The notes: generated from the sequence alone by a model not told the origin. A stretch of DNA of 32,994 bases from Eubacteriales Family XIII. Incertae Sedis bacterium (GCA_031255695.1 JAIRSA010000072.1:1-32994), one strand, 5' to 3'; shown: positions 8,342 to 17,002, counted from the first letter of the stretch. Numbers and translations are program-made.

Positions 8342-9334
8342 ATGAAAGAGTATAAAGAGAAGATGATTGTAAAAGCCGGGGATAAGCAGAGGGCGAGGAG
8401 GCGCAGGAATATCCCCAAGGTAGATATCCCTGTGCAGGACTGTTTTGCGGGGGTCGAGGACAGCGTGGGATTCGAGATCACTGATGCAGTCGAGCTTTCG
8501 ATGATCGAGAACGAAGCGTACCGCCCGCACAGGCATGCTTATTACGAGCTGATATATGTGAAGGAGTCGGACGGGCGGCACATAATCGACTACACCACAT
8601 ATGAAAACATATCCGAGCAGGTGTTCGTCATATGCCCTGGCCAGGTGCATTACTGGGAGGGCGTGACAGAGGCTTCGGGCATGCTGATACGCTTCAACGA
8701 GGATTTCCTGGTAGACGCGACTTTGAGCGTGAACGCGATATGGGAACTGAACCTGCTCAGGGAGATGAGCGGCGCCGGGGTCAGCATACCTGAGGCCGAC
8801 ATCGATCAGATGGGGAACCTGCTGGGCATGATGCTGGAGGAGCACATGCGCAAGGGGCAGGAATACGCGTCGGTGATAAGGTCTTACCTCAACATATTCC
8901 TGATACAGGCCTTCCGTACCTACAAGGAGGAGAAGACGGGGTTCTGGCCGCAGCAGAGGACGCGGACGCTGTGCGAGGACTTCCAGAGGCTTGTGCACCA
9001 CCATGTGGCGGAGCGGCAGTCGGTGCAGTTCTTCGCTGACAGGCTGGAGGTATCCATGGGCTATTTGAACGAGCAGGTCAAGATGCACACCGGCCTGACG
9101 CCTGGCGGCTTCATCAAGCGGGCGGCCGTGACGGAGGCGAAGCGGCTGATCGCGAACACCAACCTGAGCATGGCGGAGATAGCGGCGGCGCTGGGCTTCA
9201 ATGACGGCTCGTATTTCTGCCGGCTGTTCAAGGCGGAGATGGGCATGTCGCCGATGAAGTTCCGGCAGGCATGCGCCACAGTGAACAAGGCCCGCAACAG
9301 GAAGGGCAGCAAGCGCATGTCAGAAAAGCAGTAG
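8342..9334 (+). CDS. AraC-family transcriptional regulator with an N-terminal cupin-like sensor domain
   Basis: C-terminal double HTH (FFADRLEVSMGYLNEQVK ... MAEIAAALGFNDGSYFCRLFKAEMGMSP). N-terminal HRHAYYELIYV / CPGQVHYW cupin motifs. Confidence 0.8.
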   Translation: MKEYKEKMIVKAGDKQRARRRRNIPKVDIPVQDCFAGVEDSVGFEITDAVELSMIENEAYRPHRHAYYELIYVKESDGRHIIDYTTYENISEQVFVICPGQVHYWEGVTEASGMLIRFNEDFLVDATLSVNAIWELNLLREMSGAGVSIPEADIDQMGNLLGMMLEEHMRKGQEYASVIRSYLNIFLIQAFRTYKEEKTGFWPQQRTRTLCEDFQRLVHHHVAERQSVQFFADRLEVSMGYLNEQVKMHTGLTPGGFIKRAAVTEAKRLIANTNLSMAEIAAALGFNDGSYFCRLFKAEMGMSPMKFRQACATVNKARNRKGSKRMSEKQ

Positions 9335-9352
9335 TGTTGATGTGTTAATAAG

Positions 9353-9386
9353 TAAGGGCGTGGCCGCCAATGCGGCTGCGCCCTTA
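9353..9386. terminator. hairpin between the convergent AraC and phoR genes (candidate bidirectional terminator)
   Basis: TAAGGGCGTGGCCGC-CAAT-GCGGCTGCGCCCTTA gives a ~14-bp stem. The flanking U tracts are poor. Confidence 0.5.
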
Positions 9387-9394
9387 TACTGCTA

Positions 9395-11326
9395 CTAGGC
9401 GCCCGGCAGCGGGATGCTCACTGTGATGATGGTGCCTGACGAGCCGTCGCTTTTTATATCGATGGCGCCGCGGTGCAGCATTACGGCATGCTTGACGATC
9501 GAAAGCCCAAGCCCGGTCCCCTCGACCGAATGGCTCCGGCTTTTTTCTACGCGGTAGAACCGCTCGAAGACGCGGTCCTGCTCGTGTGCGGGTATGCCGA
9601 TGCCCGTGTCGGCGACGGACAGCACTGCCATGCCGTCTGCCTCCCTGACGATGATGGCGGCGCTCCCGCCCTCACGGTTGTATTTTATGGCGTTGTCGAT
9701 GAGGTTGAATATCATTTCGTCTATGGCCTGCCGTACGGCGTATATGGCCGTGCTGCTGCCTGCGAGGGAAATCTTCACGCCTTTCTTGGCGGCGGCGCCG
9801 TGGAAGCGCTGCGCCACCTCTTCCGCCAATGCGAAAATATCGATGTCCTCGCGGGCTGGGAAGCTGTCTTTCTCGCCCTCGTCCAGCTTGGAGAGCAGCA
9901 TGATGTCGCCGATCAAGGTTATGAGCCTCTGCGATTCGCTGAATATGTTCTGGGCGAAGCGCGGGATGTCCTCTTGCTTGGCAAGCCCCTCCGAGATGAT
10001 CTCGGCATAGCCGGAAATGGATGTGAGCGGGGTCTTCAGCTCGTGGGACACGTTTGCCGTGAATTCGCGCCGCAGTTTCTCCCTGTCCTCGCGCTCCGTG
10101 ACATCGAGCAGCATCAATAAGGCGCCCGCCGCAGCGCCCGTGCCGCCTAGGCCTGCCGCTGCGTCAGGGGCGTGTGGGGCGCCGGGGCTGTGTGGGGCGC
10201 CTGCGTCAGGGCCGTGTGGGGCGCCTGCGCCTGGGCCGTGTGGGGCGCCTGGGTCTGTGGCGCCTGTGTCCGCCGCAGCGCCAGGGCCGTGTGGGGCGCT
10301 TGCGCCTTCGGCGCTTGCCTTGCCGCCTGGCGAGTGGGTGCCGCCTACGCCCGCCGCTGCGCCCATGCCGCCTGCCGGGGGGGCGCCTTCGGGGCCCCAC
10401 ACAGGGTTGGCGATGATCTGTATATACTTGCCGTTTATGTGCAGCGTAGCCTCGGCGGGGGCGCCCCCCAGGACGGCCTCCACAACGGACAGGAAGTCCT
10501 GGCTGCGGTTGAAGGCGAGGGCGTTCATGCGCATCGGGCCGTCGGTGCGGGCGTCGAGCAGGCGGAGGGCGCTCTTGTTGGAAGACAGGACGTAGGCGTC
10601 GCGGTCCAGGACAAGCAGGCCCTCGCGCATATTGTCGGTGATGGCGGCGAACTCCTGCTGCTTCTGCTTTATCTCGGCCATCTGCCCGGCGATGATGTCG
10701 TTCTGCTGCTTCATCCGGTGCAGCAGCGGCGACAGTTCCTCATATACCGCGTTGTTTTCCAGGTCGTCCAGATCGAGCTGGTTGATCGGCCTGACTATGG
10801 ACTTCGTGACGCGCGCGCCCACAATGATGGCGGCTATGGTCATAATGGCCGCTATCAGCGCGCCCAGCACGAGGATCTGGAAAAACGACGAAAAGACGCT
10901 GTCGACGGTCCGGGCTGCCCTCAGCACATTGCCGCTGTCCAGCAGGACGGCGTAGTAATACGTGCGCTCGCCAAAGGTGCTCGAAAGGCGCGTCGATTCG
11001 CCGGCGCCATTCTCCAGGGCCCCGACAAACTCAGGGCGGCCGGCGTGGCTGTCCAGGCGCCCATACGATATGTCGCTGTCGTATATGACCTCGCCGTCCG
11101 GGGATATCAGCGTTATGCGGAGGTCGGGGTCTGCCTTGTCCAGAGCGGCGACGCAGCTGTCGCCGGAGATATTGGCGGCGGCCCTGATCAGGCCGGCCTC
11201 GGTGACAGTCTCCTGCCGCGTCTTCTCGAAATAGCTGTGGAATGCCGCAAGCTGGAACAGCACGCCCGTCAATATTATGGAGATAGTCGCCAGGAGGCAT
11301 GAAAACAGCAGTATCCTTCTCTTCAT
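9395..11326 (-). CDS. phoR: PhoR-like sensor histidine kinase with a ~91-aa low-complexity insertion
   Basis: N-terminal TM segment, H-box FTANVSHELKTPLTS, and HATPase boxes (NLIDNAIKY, DTGIGIP, GTGLGLSIV). Start overlaps the phoP stop. TAGTAG double stop. Confidence 0.85.
   Translation of the reverse strand: MKRRILLFSCLLATISIILTGVLFQLAAFHSYFEKTRQETVTEAGLIRAAANISGDSCVAALDKADPDLRITLISPDGEVIYDSDISYGRLDSHAGRPEFVGALENGAGESTRLSSTFGERTYYYAVLLDSGNVLRAARTVDSVFSSFFQILVLGALIAAIMTIAAIIVGARVTKSIVRPINQLDLDDLENNAVYEELSPLLHRMKQQNDIIAGQMAEIKQKQQEFAAITDNMREGLLVLDRDAYVLSSNKSALRLLDARTDGPMRMNALAFNRSQDFLSVVEAVLGGAPAEATLHINGKYIQIIANPVWGPEGAPPAGGMGAAAGVGGTHSPGGKASAEGASAPHGPGAAADTGATDPGAPHGPGAGAPHGPDAGAPHSPGAPHAPDAAAGLGGTGAAAGALLMLLDVTEREDREKLRREFTANVSHELKTPLTSISGYAEIISEGLAKQEDIPRFAQNIFSESQRLITLIGDIMLLSKLDEGEKDSFPAREDIDIFALAEEVAQRFHGAAAKKGVKISLAGSSTAIYAVRQAIDEMIFNLIDNAIKYNREGGSAAIIVREADGMAVLSVADTGIGIPAHEQDRVFERFYRVEKSRSHSVEGTGLGLSIVKHAVMLHRGAIDIKSDGSSGTIITVSIPLPGA
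10124..10396. repeat. in-frame GC-rich degenerate repeat block inside phoR (~91 aa, GAPHGPG-type)
   Basis: The + strand core GTGTGGGGCGCC recurs every 21-24 nt. The protein reads ...SAPHGPGAAADTGATDPGAPHGPGAGAPHGPDAGAPHSPGAPHAPD... Confidence 0.8.
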
Positions 11327-12024
11327 GGCTTGCCTCGTTTCGTGGGCCCGGCGTCAGGCGCGCCAATCTTGTAGCCAAGGCCCCTGACCGTCTCGATGAG
11401 CTTGCCGCATTCGCCGAGCTTGTTGCGCAGCGTGCGTATGTGCACGTCTACGGTGCGTGTCTCGCCGTCGAAATCATAGCCCCATACAGCGGACAGTATA
11501 TGATCCCTCGTCAGCGCCATGCCGGCGTTCTTGATGAGGAATATCAGCAGATCGAATTCTTTTAGGGTGAGCTTCACCTCGTCGCCGAAAACCGTGACGA
11601 CGTGGCGCGGGACGCTGGCGTATAGCCCGCCGGCGCTGTATTCGCCTTTTTCCCCCTCCTGCCGCGAGCGCCGCAGGAGGTTTTTCACGCGTGCCACAAG
11701 CTCCATCATGCCGAATGGCTTGGGCAGGTAGTCGTCGGCGCCGAGGTCGAGCCCTAGGACCTTGTCGTATTCGGTGCCCTTGGCCGTGAGCATCATGACG
11801 GGGATGGCGGCCGTCGCCGAGGATGACTTCAGCCTTTTCAGTATGCTCAGCCCATCCTCGCCAGGCAGCATGATGTCGAGCATCACCAGGCGCGGCGCGT
11901 TTTCGTCCAAGGCCGCCCAGAAATCCTTGCCGCTGGCGAAGCCCCTCGCTTCGAAGCCCGTGCTTTGGAGGGTGTAGACAAGCAGCTCGCGTATATTTGT
12001 TTCATCTTCCACAAGATAGATCAT
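11323..12024 (-). CDS. phoP: OmpR/PhoB-family response regulator
   Basis: Receiver motifs (YLVEDE, VMLDIMLPGEDG, DDYLPKPF) plus a winged helix (RTVDVHIRTLRNKL...VRGLGYK). Lies in the pst-phoU-phoPR locus. Confidence 0.85.
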   Translation of the reverse strand: MIYLVEDETNIRELLVYTLQSTGFEARGFASGKDFWAALDENAPRLVMLDIMLPGEDGLSILKRLKSSSATAAIPVMMLTAKGTEYDKVLGLDLGADDYLPKPFGMMELVARVKNLLRRSRQEGEKGEYSAGGLYASVPRHVVTVFGDEVKLTLKEFDLLIFLIKNAGMALTRDHILSAVWGYDFDGETRTVDVHIRTLRNKLGECGKLIETVRGLGYKIGAPDAGPTKRGKP

Positions 12025-12063
12025 ACATGTACCCCCATGGGCGCGCGATCGCCCCGTGCCCTT

Positions 12064-12162
12064 GCCCGGCGCCGCCGCGCGTTGCCCAGCGTCATTGCCC
12101 GGCGCCGCCGCGCGTTGCCCAGCGTCATTGCCCAGTGCCGCCGCGCGTTGCCCAGCGCCATT
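12064..12162. repeat. 33-nt tandem repeat x3 in the phoU-phoP spacer
   Basis: GCCCGGCGCCGCCGCGCGTTGCCCAGCGTCATT at 12064, 12097 and 12130 (the third copy has 3 mismatches). Confidence 0.95.
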
Positions 12163-12207
12163 TTCAAACGCCGCCCAAGCGCAATCGCTGTGTGCGATCG
12201 CCCGGCG

Positions 12208-12852
12208 TCATTGCACGGCATCGCCCGATATCCAGTATACCACAGATTCGGCAATATTTTCTGCATGATCCCCGATTCTCTCCAGATATTTTGCGATCAT
12301 CAGCAGATCGAGGCAGTCGCTGCCTTTCGTGGCGTCGCCCATGATGATCTCGATGAGCTCGCCCTTTATTGTGCTGAAGAGCGCGTCGACAATATCGTCG
12401 CTGGCCACGACTTGCCGGGCCTTTTCGAGGTCCTCGTGCACGAATGAGTCTACGCTGTCGGTCAGCATTTTTATGGCGGAGGCGGCCATATCCGCGATGT
12501 GGATGTCGCTTTTCACCGAACTCCCCGCCATAAAGGCCGATATCTCCGCGATGTCCGTGGCCTGATCGCCTATGCGCTCCATATCGATGATCATTTTCTG
12601 GGCCGTGGTGATCTGGCGCAGATCGCGGGCGACGGGCTGCTCGCGCAGCAGCAGCCTCACGCAGAACGCTTCTATCTCGCGCTGCTTGAGGTTAATGGCA
12701 TCTTCAAGGTCGAGCGCCTTCCCGCGCAGCCCCGCGTCGTCGCAGAGCAGCCCCCTGACGGCGCAGTCGATCGATTCTTCGCAATACGCGCCCATACGTA
12801 TCAGTTCCGTATGCAGTTGGCGCAGTTGCCTGACGTAGCTGTCACGCATCAT
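12208..12852 (-). CDS. phoU: phosphate signalling/transport accessory protein PhoU
   Basis: 214 aa helical protein with a duplicated PhoU-type repeat. ATGA overlap with the pstB stop and a GGGAGG SD. Confidence 0.85.
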   Translation of the reverse strand: MMRDSYVRQLRQLHTELIRMGAYCEESIDCAVRGLLCDDAGLRGKALDLEDAINLKQREIEAFCVRLLLREQPVARDLRQITTAQKMIIDMERIGDQATDIAEISAFMAGSSVKSDIHIADMAASAIKMLTDSVDSFVHEDLEKARQVVASDDIVDALFSTIKGELIEIIMGDATKGSDCLDLLMIAKYLERIGDHAENIAESVVYWISGDAVQ

Positions 12853-13598
12853 CCAAACCTCCCTGTAATATAATCCTCTGTGCGCTTGTCGCGCGGCAAG
12901 GCAAAAATATCCTCTGTCCTGTTGAACTCGATCATCTCGCCGAGCAGGAAGAACGCGGTGTTGTCCGATATCCGCGCCGCCTGCTGCATGTTGTGGGTGA
13001 CGATGACGATGGTGTAGTCTTTCTTTAAATCGTCCACAAGGTCCTCGATTTTAGATGTAGATATTGGATCGAGGGCGGATGTGGGCTCGTCCATCAAAAG
13101 CACCTCAGGGCCCACGGCCAGCGCCCTGGCAATGCACAGGCGCTGCTGCTGCCCGCCGGACAGCGACAGCGCGCTCTTCTTCAGCCTGTCCTTGGCCTCG
13201 TCCCATATAGCCGCGGCCTTCAGGGACTGCTCGACAATATCGTCCAGGCGCAGCTTGGATCTCACGCCATGGGTCCGGGGGCCATAGGCTATATTGTCAT
13301 AGATGCTCATGGGGAAGGGGTTGGGCTTCTGGAACACCATGCCGACGCGCCTGCGCAGCAGGTTGACGTTCATATTGTGGAAGATGTCCTCACCGTCCAG
13401 CGTCACGCGCCCTTCGATCCGGCAGCCCTCCACGAGGTCGTTCATGCGGTTCAGGGTTTTCAGGAGTGTGGACTTGCCGCAGCCGGAAGGCCCGATCAGC
13501 GCGGTCACGCCGTTGGCGGGGATGGCCATGCCCACGTCCTTGAGCGCGTGGAAATCGCCGTAATATAGGTTCAGGGCCTCAATATTGATCTTTTCCAT
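12849..13598 (-). CDS. pstB: phosphate ABC transporter ATP-binding protein
   Basis: Walker [10 protein letters not shown], signature LSGGQQQRL, Walker [12 protein letters not shown]. 249 aa, a typical PstB length. Confidence 0.95.
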   Translation of the reverse strand: MEKINIEALNLYYGDFHALKDVGMAIPANGVTALIGPSGCGKSTLLKTLNRMNDLVEGCRIEGRVTLDGEDIFHNMNVNLLRRRVGMVFQKPNPFPMSIYDNIAYGPRTHGVRSKLRLDDIVEQSLKAAAIWDEAKDRLKKSALSLSGGQQQRLCIARALAVGPEVLLMDEPTSALDPISTSKIEDLVDDLKKDYTIVIVTHNMQQAARISDNTAFFLLGEMIEFNRTEDIFALPRDKRTEDYITGRFG

Positions 13599-13669
13599 TC
13601 AAAAACTCCATACTATGTTAATGTTAATTCTGCCCGTGGGCGGGACGCGCCCGCCATCGCCGCCGCCCC

Positions 13670-13743
13670 CTGCCCGGATTCTGCCCGCCGTCACACCTTC
13701 GCCATCGTCCCTGCCCGGATTCTGCCCGCCGTCACACCTTCGC
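13670..13743. repeat. 41-nt-period tandem duplication spanning the pstA stop codon
   Basis: CTGCCCGGATTCTGCCCGCCGTCACACCTTCGC at 13670-13702 and 13711-13743. The second copy contains the last pstA codons and its stop. Confidence 0.95.
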
Positions 13744-14574
13744 GATGCGCTTTGCCAATATATGGGAAAGCATGTTGATCATGGCCACGAGCAGCAGCAG
13801 GATGACTGCCGTGGCGTAGGCCTGGTCGATGTAGAAGCCTTCGCTTGAAAGTATGTACATATGCACGGAGAGCGTCCGCGCCGACGAAAGCAGGCCCGAC
13901 GGGATCTTCGCCACAGTGCCGGCAGTGAATATGAGGGCTGCCGTCTCGCCCACGACCCGCCCTATCGCCAGGATCACGCCGGCCAGTATGCCGGGCACCG
14001 CCGCCGGGAGCACTATCAGGAAGACCGTGCGCAGCCTCCCAGCGCCCAGGCCGAAGCTGCCTTCGCGGAAGGAGTCGGGCACAGAGAGCAGGGCCTCCTC
14101 CGACGTGCGCATTATCAGGGGCAGTATCATTATCGCCAGCGTGAACGCGCCCGCGAGTATGGAATAGCCCCAATTCATATGCACGACGAAGAACAGGCTG
14201 CCGAACAGCCCGTAGACGATGGAGGGTATGCCCGCAAGCGTCTCAGCCGCGATCCTGACAGCGGATATGACCTTATTGCCGCGCCTCGCGTATTCCGTCA
14301 TGAATATGGACGCGAATATCCCCGGCGGGCCGGCGAGCAGCAGCGCCAGCGCCGTCATTATCACCGTGTTCACTAAGGCTGGCATGAGCGAGACGTTCGC
14401 GCTGCTGTATTTCCATGCGAATAGGCTTGGCGTGATATAGGGGATGCCTTTTATGAGTATGTAGCCGATGATGCTTATGATGACGGCGGCGGTCAGCGCC
14501 GCGGCCGCGTACACCAGCAGTCTGAGGAAAAGCGGGAATGCCCCGCGCGCCGAGGCGCCTTGGACGTCTTTCAC
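13732..14574 (-). CDS. pstA: phosphate ABC transporter permease PstA
   Basis: Multi-TM permease with a PstA-type EAA loop (EALLSVPDSFREGSFGLGAGRLRT). The GTG start overlaps the pstC TGA (GTGA). Confidence 0.9.
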   Translation of the reverse strand: MKDVQGASARGAFPLFLRLLVYAAAALTAAVIISIIGYILIKGIPYITPSLFAWKYSSANVSLMPALVNTVIMTALALLLAGPPGIFASIFMTEYARRGNKVISAVRIAAETLAGIPSIVYGLFGSLFFVVHMNWGYSILAGAFTLAIMILPLIMRTSEEALLSVPDSFREGSFGLGAGRLRTVFLIVLPAAVPGILAGVILAIGRVVGETAALIFTAGTVAKIPSGLLSSARTLSVHMYILSSEGFYIDQAYATAVILLLLVAMINMLSHILAKRIAKV

Positions 14575-15458
14575 GCTCGCGCGCCCCCCTTCACGATTGA
14601 AAATATCAGGTTTATCAGCAATATGAACACGAACAGCACCACTGCGGTCCCGATGAGCGCCTCACGGTGCAGATCGGCTGCGTAGCCCATTTCCATGACG
14701 ATGTTCGCGGTCATGGTGCGCACACCGCTGAATATGCTGTCCGGGAGGACGGCCTGGTTGCCGGCGACCATGATCACTGCCATGGTCTCGCCGACCGCCC
14801 TGCCGATGCCCAGGATTATGGCCGCGGTGACGCCGGATTTGGCGGCGGGCAGCACGGTGAAGAACACTGCATGCTCATGGGCGGCGCCGAGCGCCAGGGC
14901 GCCTTCGTACTAGCTGTCGGGGACCGCGCGGATCGCCGCCTCGGACACGCTGATGATGGTCGGGAGGATCATGATCCCCAGCAGGATCGAGGCGGTGAGT
15001 ATGTTCTTGCCGACGCCGAATAGATCCTGCATGATCGGCACGATCAGGACAAGCCCGAAGAAGCCGTACACTACCGACGGTATCCCCGCAAGCAGCGAGA
15101 CGGCCGGGCTGAACATGCGGTACAGGCGGGCCGGGCAGAACCTGGCGAGGAAGACGGCCGTAAGGACGCCGAGCGGCGCGCCTATGAGCATCGCGCCGGC
15201 CGTGACGTATAGGCTGCCTATGATCATGGGGCCGATGCCGTAGGTGTCGCTCGCAGGCTGCCATACCAGCCCTGTGATGAATTCCGGCAGGCCGATCTTG
15301 AGTATAGGCGGTATGCCGTTCACAAACAGGAAAAGGCATATAAGGGCGACGCACACCACCGACACCAGCGCCGCGACAAGGAAGACCACATACATTATGG
15401 AGTCGGCCAGCCCGGTTGGGCGGGCACCGCCCTTTGATATTACTGGAATTCCGTCCAT
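14571..15458 (-). pseudogene. pstC: phosphate ABC transporter permease PstC interrupted by one in-frame TAG (14910-14912)
   Basis: Track ORFs 14910..15458 and 14571..14867 are in the same frame. Read-through gives ...[37 protein letters not shown]..., a contiguous PstC EAA loop. Confidence 0.8.
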
Positions 15459-16345
15459 TCTTTTGCCTCTCCGGAGAAGATGGCCCTGACCTGCTCGCTG
15501 GCCAGGCCGTCCAGCGGATTGCCGTTGTTTACGATAACAGCAATACCGTCAATCGCTATCTTTGTCGATGTGAGCCCTTTTTCTATCTCGGAATCCTTCA
15601 GCTCGCGCGAGGCCATGCCGATGTCGCATATCCCGTCTATGGTGGCATTCATGCCGCTGGAGGAATCGCTCTGCTGGATTTCGATCTCCGCGCCCGGCTG
15701 TATGGCCACATAGGCCTCTTGCAGCGCGTCCATGGCCGGGCTTACGGACGAAGAGCCGGCCACAACGACCTTGCCGGTGGGCTTGGCGCCGCTATAGGGC
15801 CCGGAATCGGGCACGCGTATGTAGCCGGACTGCTCTATCACGTCCTGCCCTTCGGCGCTCATGATGAAATCGAAGAAGTCTTGGGCGCTTGGGCTCAGCT
15901 TGCCTTTGACCGCGATGTTGAACGGGCGCGAAACGGGGTAGCTGCCGTTGCTGACGTTCTCCGTGCTTGCCTCCGCCCCGTCGATCTTCAGCGCTTTGAC
16001 GGAATCGTTGAGCGATCCGAGGGATATATATCCGATGGCGCCGGCGTTGCCCGCCACAGAGGTCATCATGACTGCGGTGTTGTTCGTGATCTCCGCCGAG
16101 GCGGCCGTGAGGTCCGGATTGCTGTCGTCGCGCAGCTCGAACAGCTCTACGAAGGCGCTTCTGGTGCCGGAGCCGTCCTCACGCGATATCACGGTTATGG
16201 CGCCGAGGCTTTTCTCCTGTCCTGGGGTCTGGCCGCCGTCTGGGGCGCCGCCGCTGGGGCTGCCGGCGGCCGGGGCGGAACATCCGGCCACTGTGATGAG
16301 GGCTGCGCAGGCTGCGGCGATAAGCGCGCACTTGCTCATGGACAT
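15440..16345 (-). CDS. pstS: phosphate-binding lipoprotein PstS
   Basis: Lipoprotein signal MSMSKCALIAAACAALITVAGC, then PstS-type periplasmic binding-protein sequence. ~301 aa from ATG 16345. The longer track ORF (to 16549) runs through a repeat array. The exact start is uncertain (16339-16369). Confidence 0.8.
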   Translation of the reverse strand: MSMSKCALIAAACAALITVAGCSAPAAGSPSGGAPDGGQTPGQEKSLGAITVISREDGSGTRSAFVELFELRDDSNPDLTAASAEITNNTAVMMTSVAGNAGAIGYISLGSLNDSVKALKIDGAEASTENVSNGSYPVSRPFNIAVKGKLSPSAQDFFDFIMSAEGQDVIEQSGYIRVPDSGPYSGAKPTGKVVVAGSSSVSPAMDALQEAYVAIQPGAEIEIQQSDSSSGMNATIDGICDIGMASRELKDSEIEKGLTSTKIAIDGIAVIVNNGNPLDGLASEQVRAIFSGEAKEWTEFQ

Positions 16346-16560
16346 CTTCTTTTTCGTCTTTGTCTCCATCTTCTTTTCAATCTCCGTTTTCATTTTTGTT
16401 TCCATTTTCGTTTCCATCCCACTCTCCATTTCCTTCCCGCTCGCCATTTCTATGGCACTTTCCATCTCCATGGCACCTTCCATTTCCGTTGCACTTTCCA
16501 TTTCCGTTGCACCTTCCATCTCCATGGCACCTTCCATCCCACTCGCCATTTCTATGGCAC
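16346..16560. repeat. 6/12/18-nt periodic array of ATGGAR-initiated units (- strand) directly upstream of the pstS signal peptide
   Basis: The - strand reads ATGGAAGGTGCC ATGGAG ATGGAAGGTGCAACGGAA ATGGAAAGTGCAACGGAA ... ATGGAGACAAAG. It has no stop codons in the pstS frame. Confidence 0.9.
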
Positions 16561-16685
16561 CTTACATCTTACTCTTCGTTTCCATCTCTAATCTGCCTCT
16601 AACCTGCCTCTATCTGCATCTTGCTGCGTCTTGCTGCCCGCTGCTGTGGGCCGCTGCGGCCCGGGCGCGGCATCAATACACCATG

Positions 16686-16740
16686 AATATAGCACCTGAA
16701 TGTAAAAACTTAGAGGCGGCTAATGTTAAATCCATGTAAA
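16686..16740 (-). promoter_or_regulatory. candidate Pho-box promoter of the pst operon
   Basis: - strand TTTACA-5nt-TTAACA (16740-16724) with 11-bp phasing, and further TTGTAA / GATTGG hexamers in phase upstream. A third TTTACA at 16706-16701 and a TATATT -10 at 16691-16686. Confidence 0.45.
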
Positions 16741-16845
16741 ATCTCGCCAATCCTACTTTACAAACGGAGGATATTGGTGCAGAATACAGACTATACTATT
16801 ATAGATCCTGATTTTCAGGCGCCGGCCAGCGTAGGCGCAGCCGCC

Positions 16846-16934
16846 GTCCTGCCCATGTGGGCGTGGTCAGGTGTGACAGATTTCGGTGTCGAGATTGCAA
16901 CATTTTGTCCTGCCCGTGTGGGCGTGGTCAGGTG
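16846..16934. repeat. 28-nt direct repeat x2 (period 61 nt)
   Basis: GTCCTGCCCRTGTGGGCGTGGTCAGGTG at 16846-16873 and 16907-16934 (1 mismatch). Confidence 0.9.
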
Positions 16935-17002
16935 CTGGAAGATCTCTGGGCGCGTGGCATCGCCAGCCCGCATGCGGGTGGGCGGTAACGATGGAGGGAA
17001 TT

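Noticed and set aside
14910-14912. TAG in pstC as pyrrolysine or genetic-code reassignment
   Set aside because: TAG terminates several well-supported genes here: AraC, phoR (TAGTAG), the ANTAR gene, niaR, glnN and the SLH protein. No pyl genes are seen. A point nonsense mutation or a base-call error is more parsimonious.
16346-16549. 68-aa Met/Glu-rich N-terminal extension of PstS, as in the ORF track
   Set aside because: A lipoprotein signal peptide with a lipobox must be at the N-terminus. The extension is a nucleotide-level tandem repeat, so the start is placed at about 16345.
16846-16934. Possible mini-CRISPR array (28-nt repeat, 33-nt spacer)
   Set aside because: There are only two repeat copies, no cas genes and no leader-like sequence. 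The window is full of similar two-copy local duplications.
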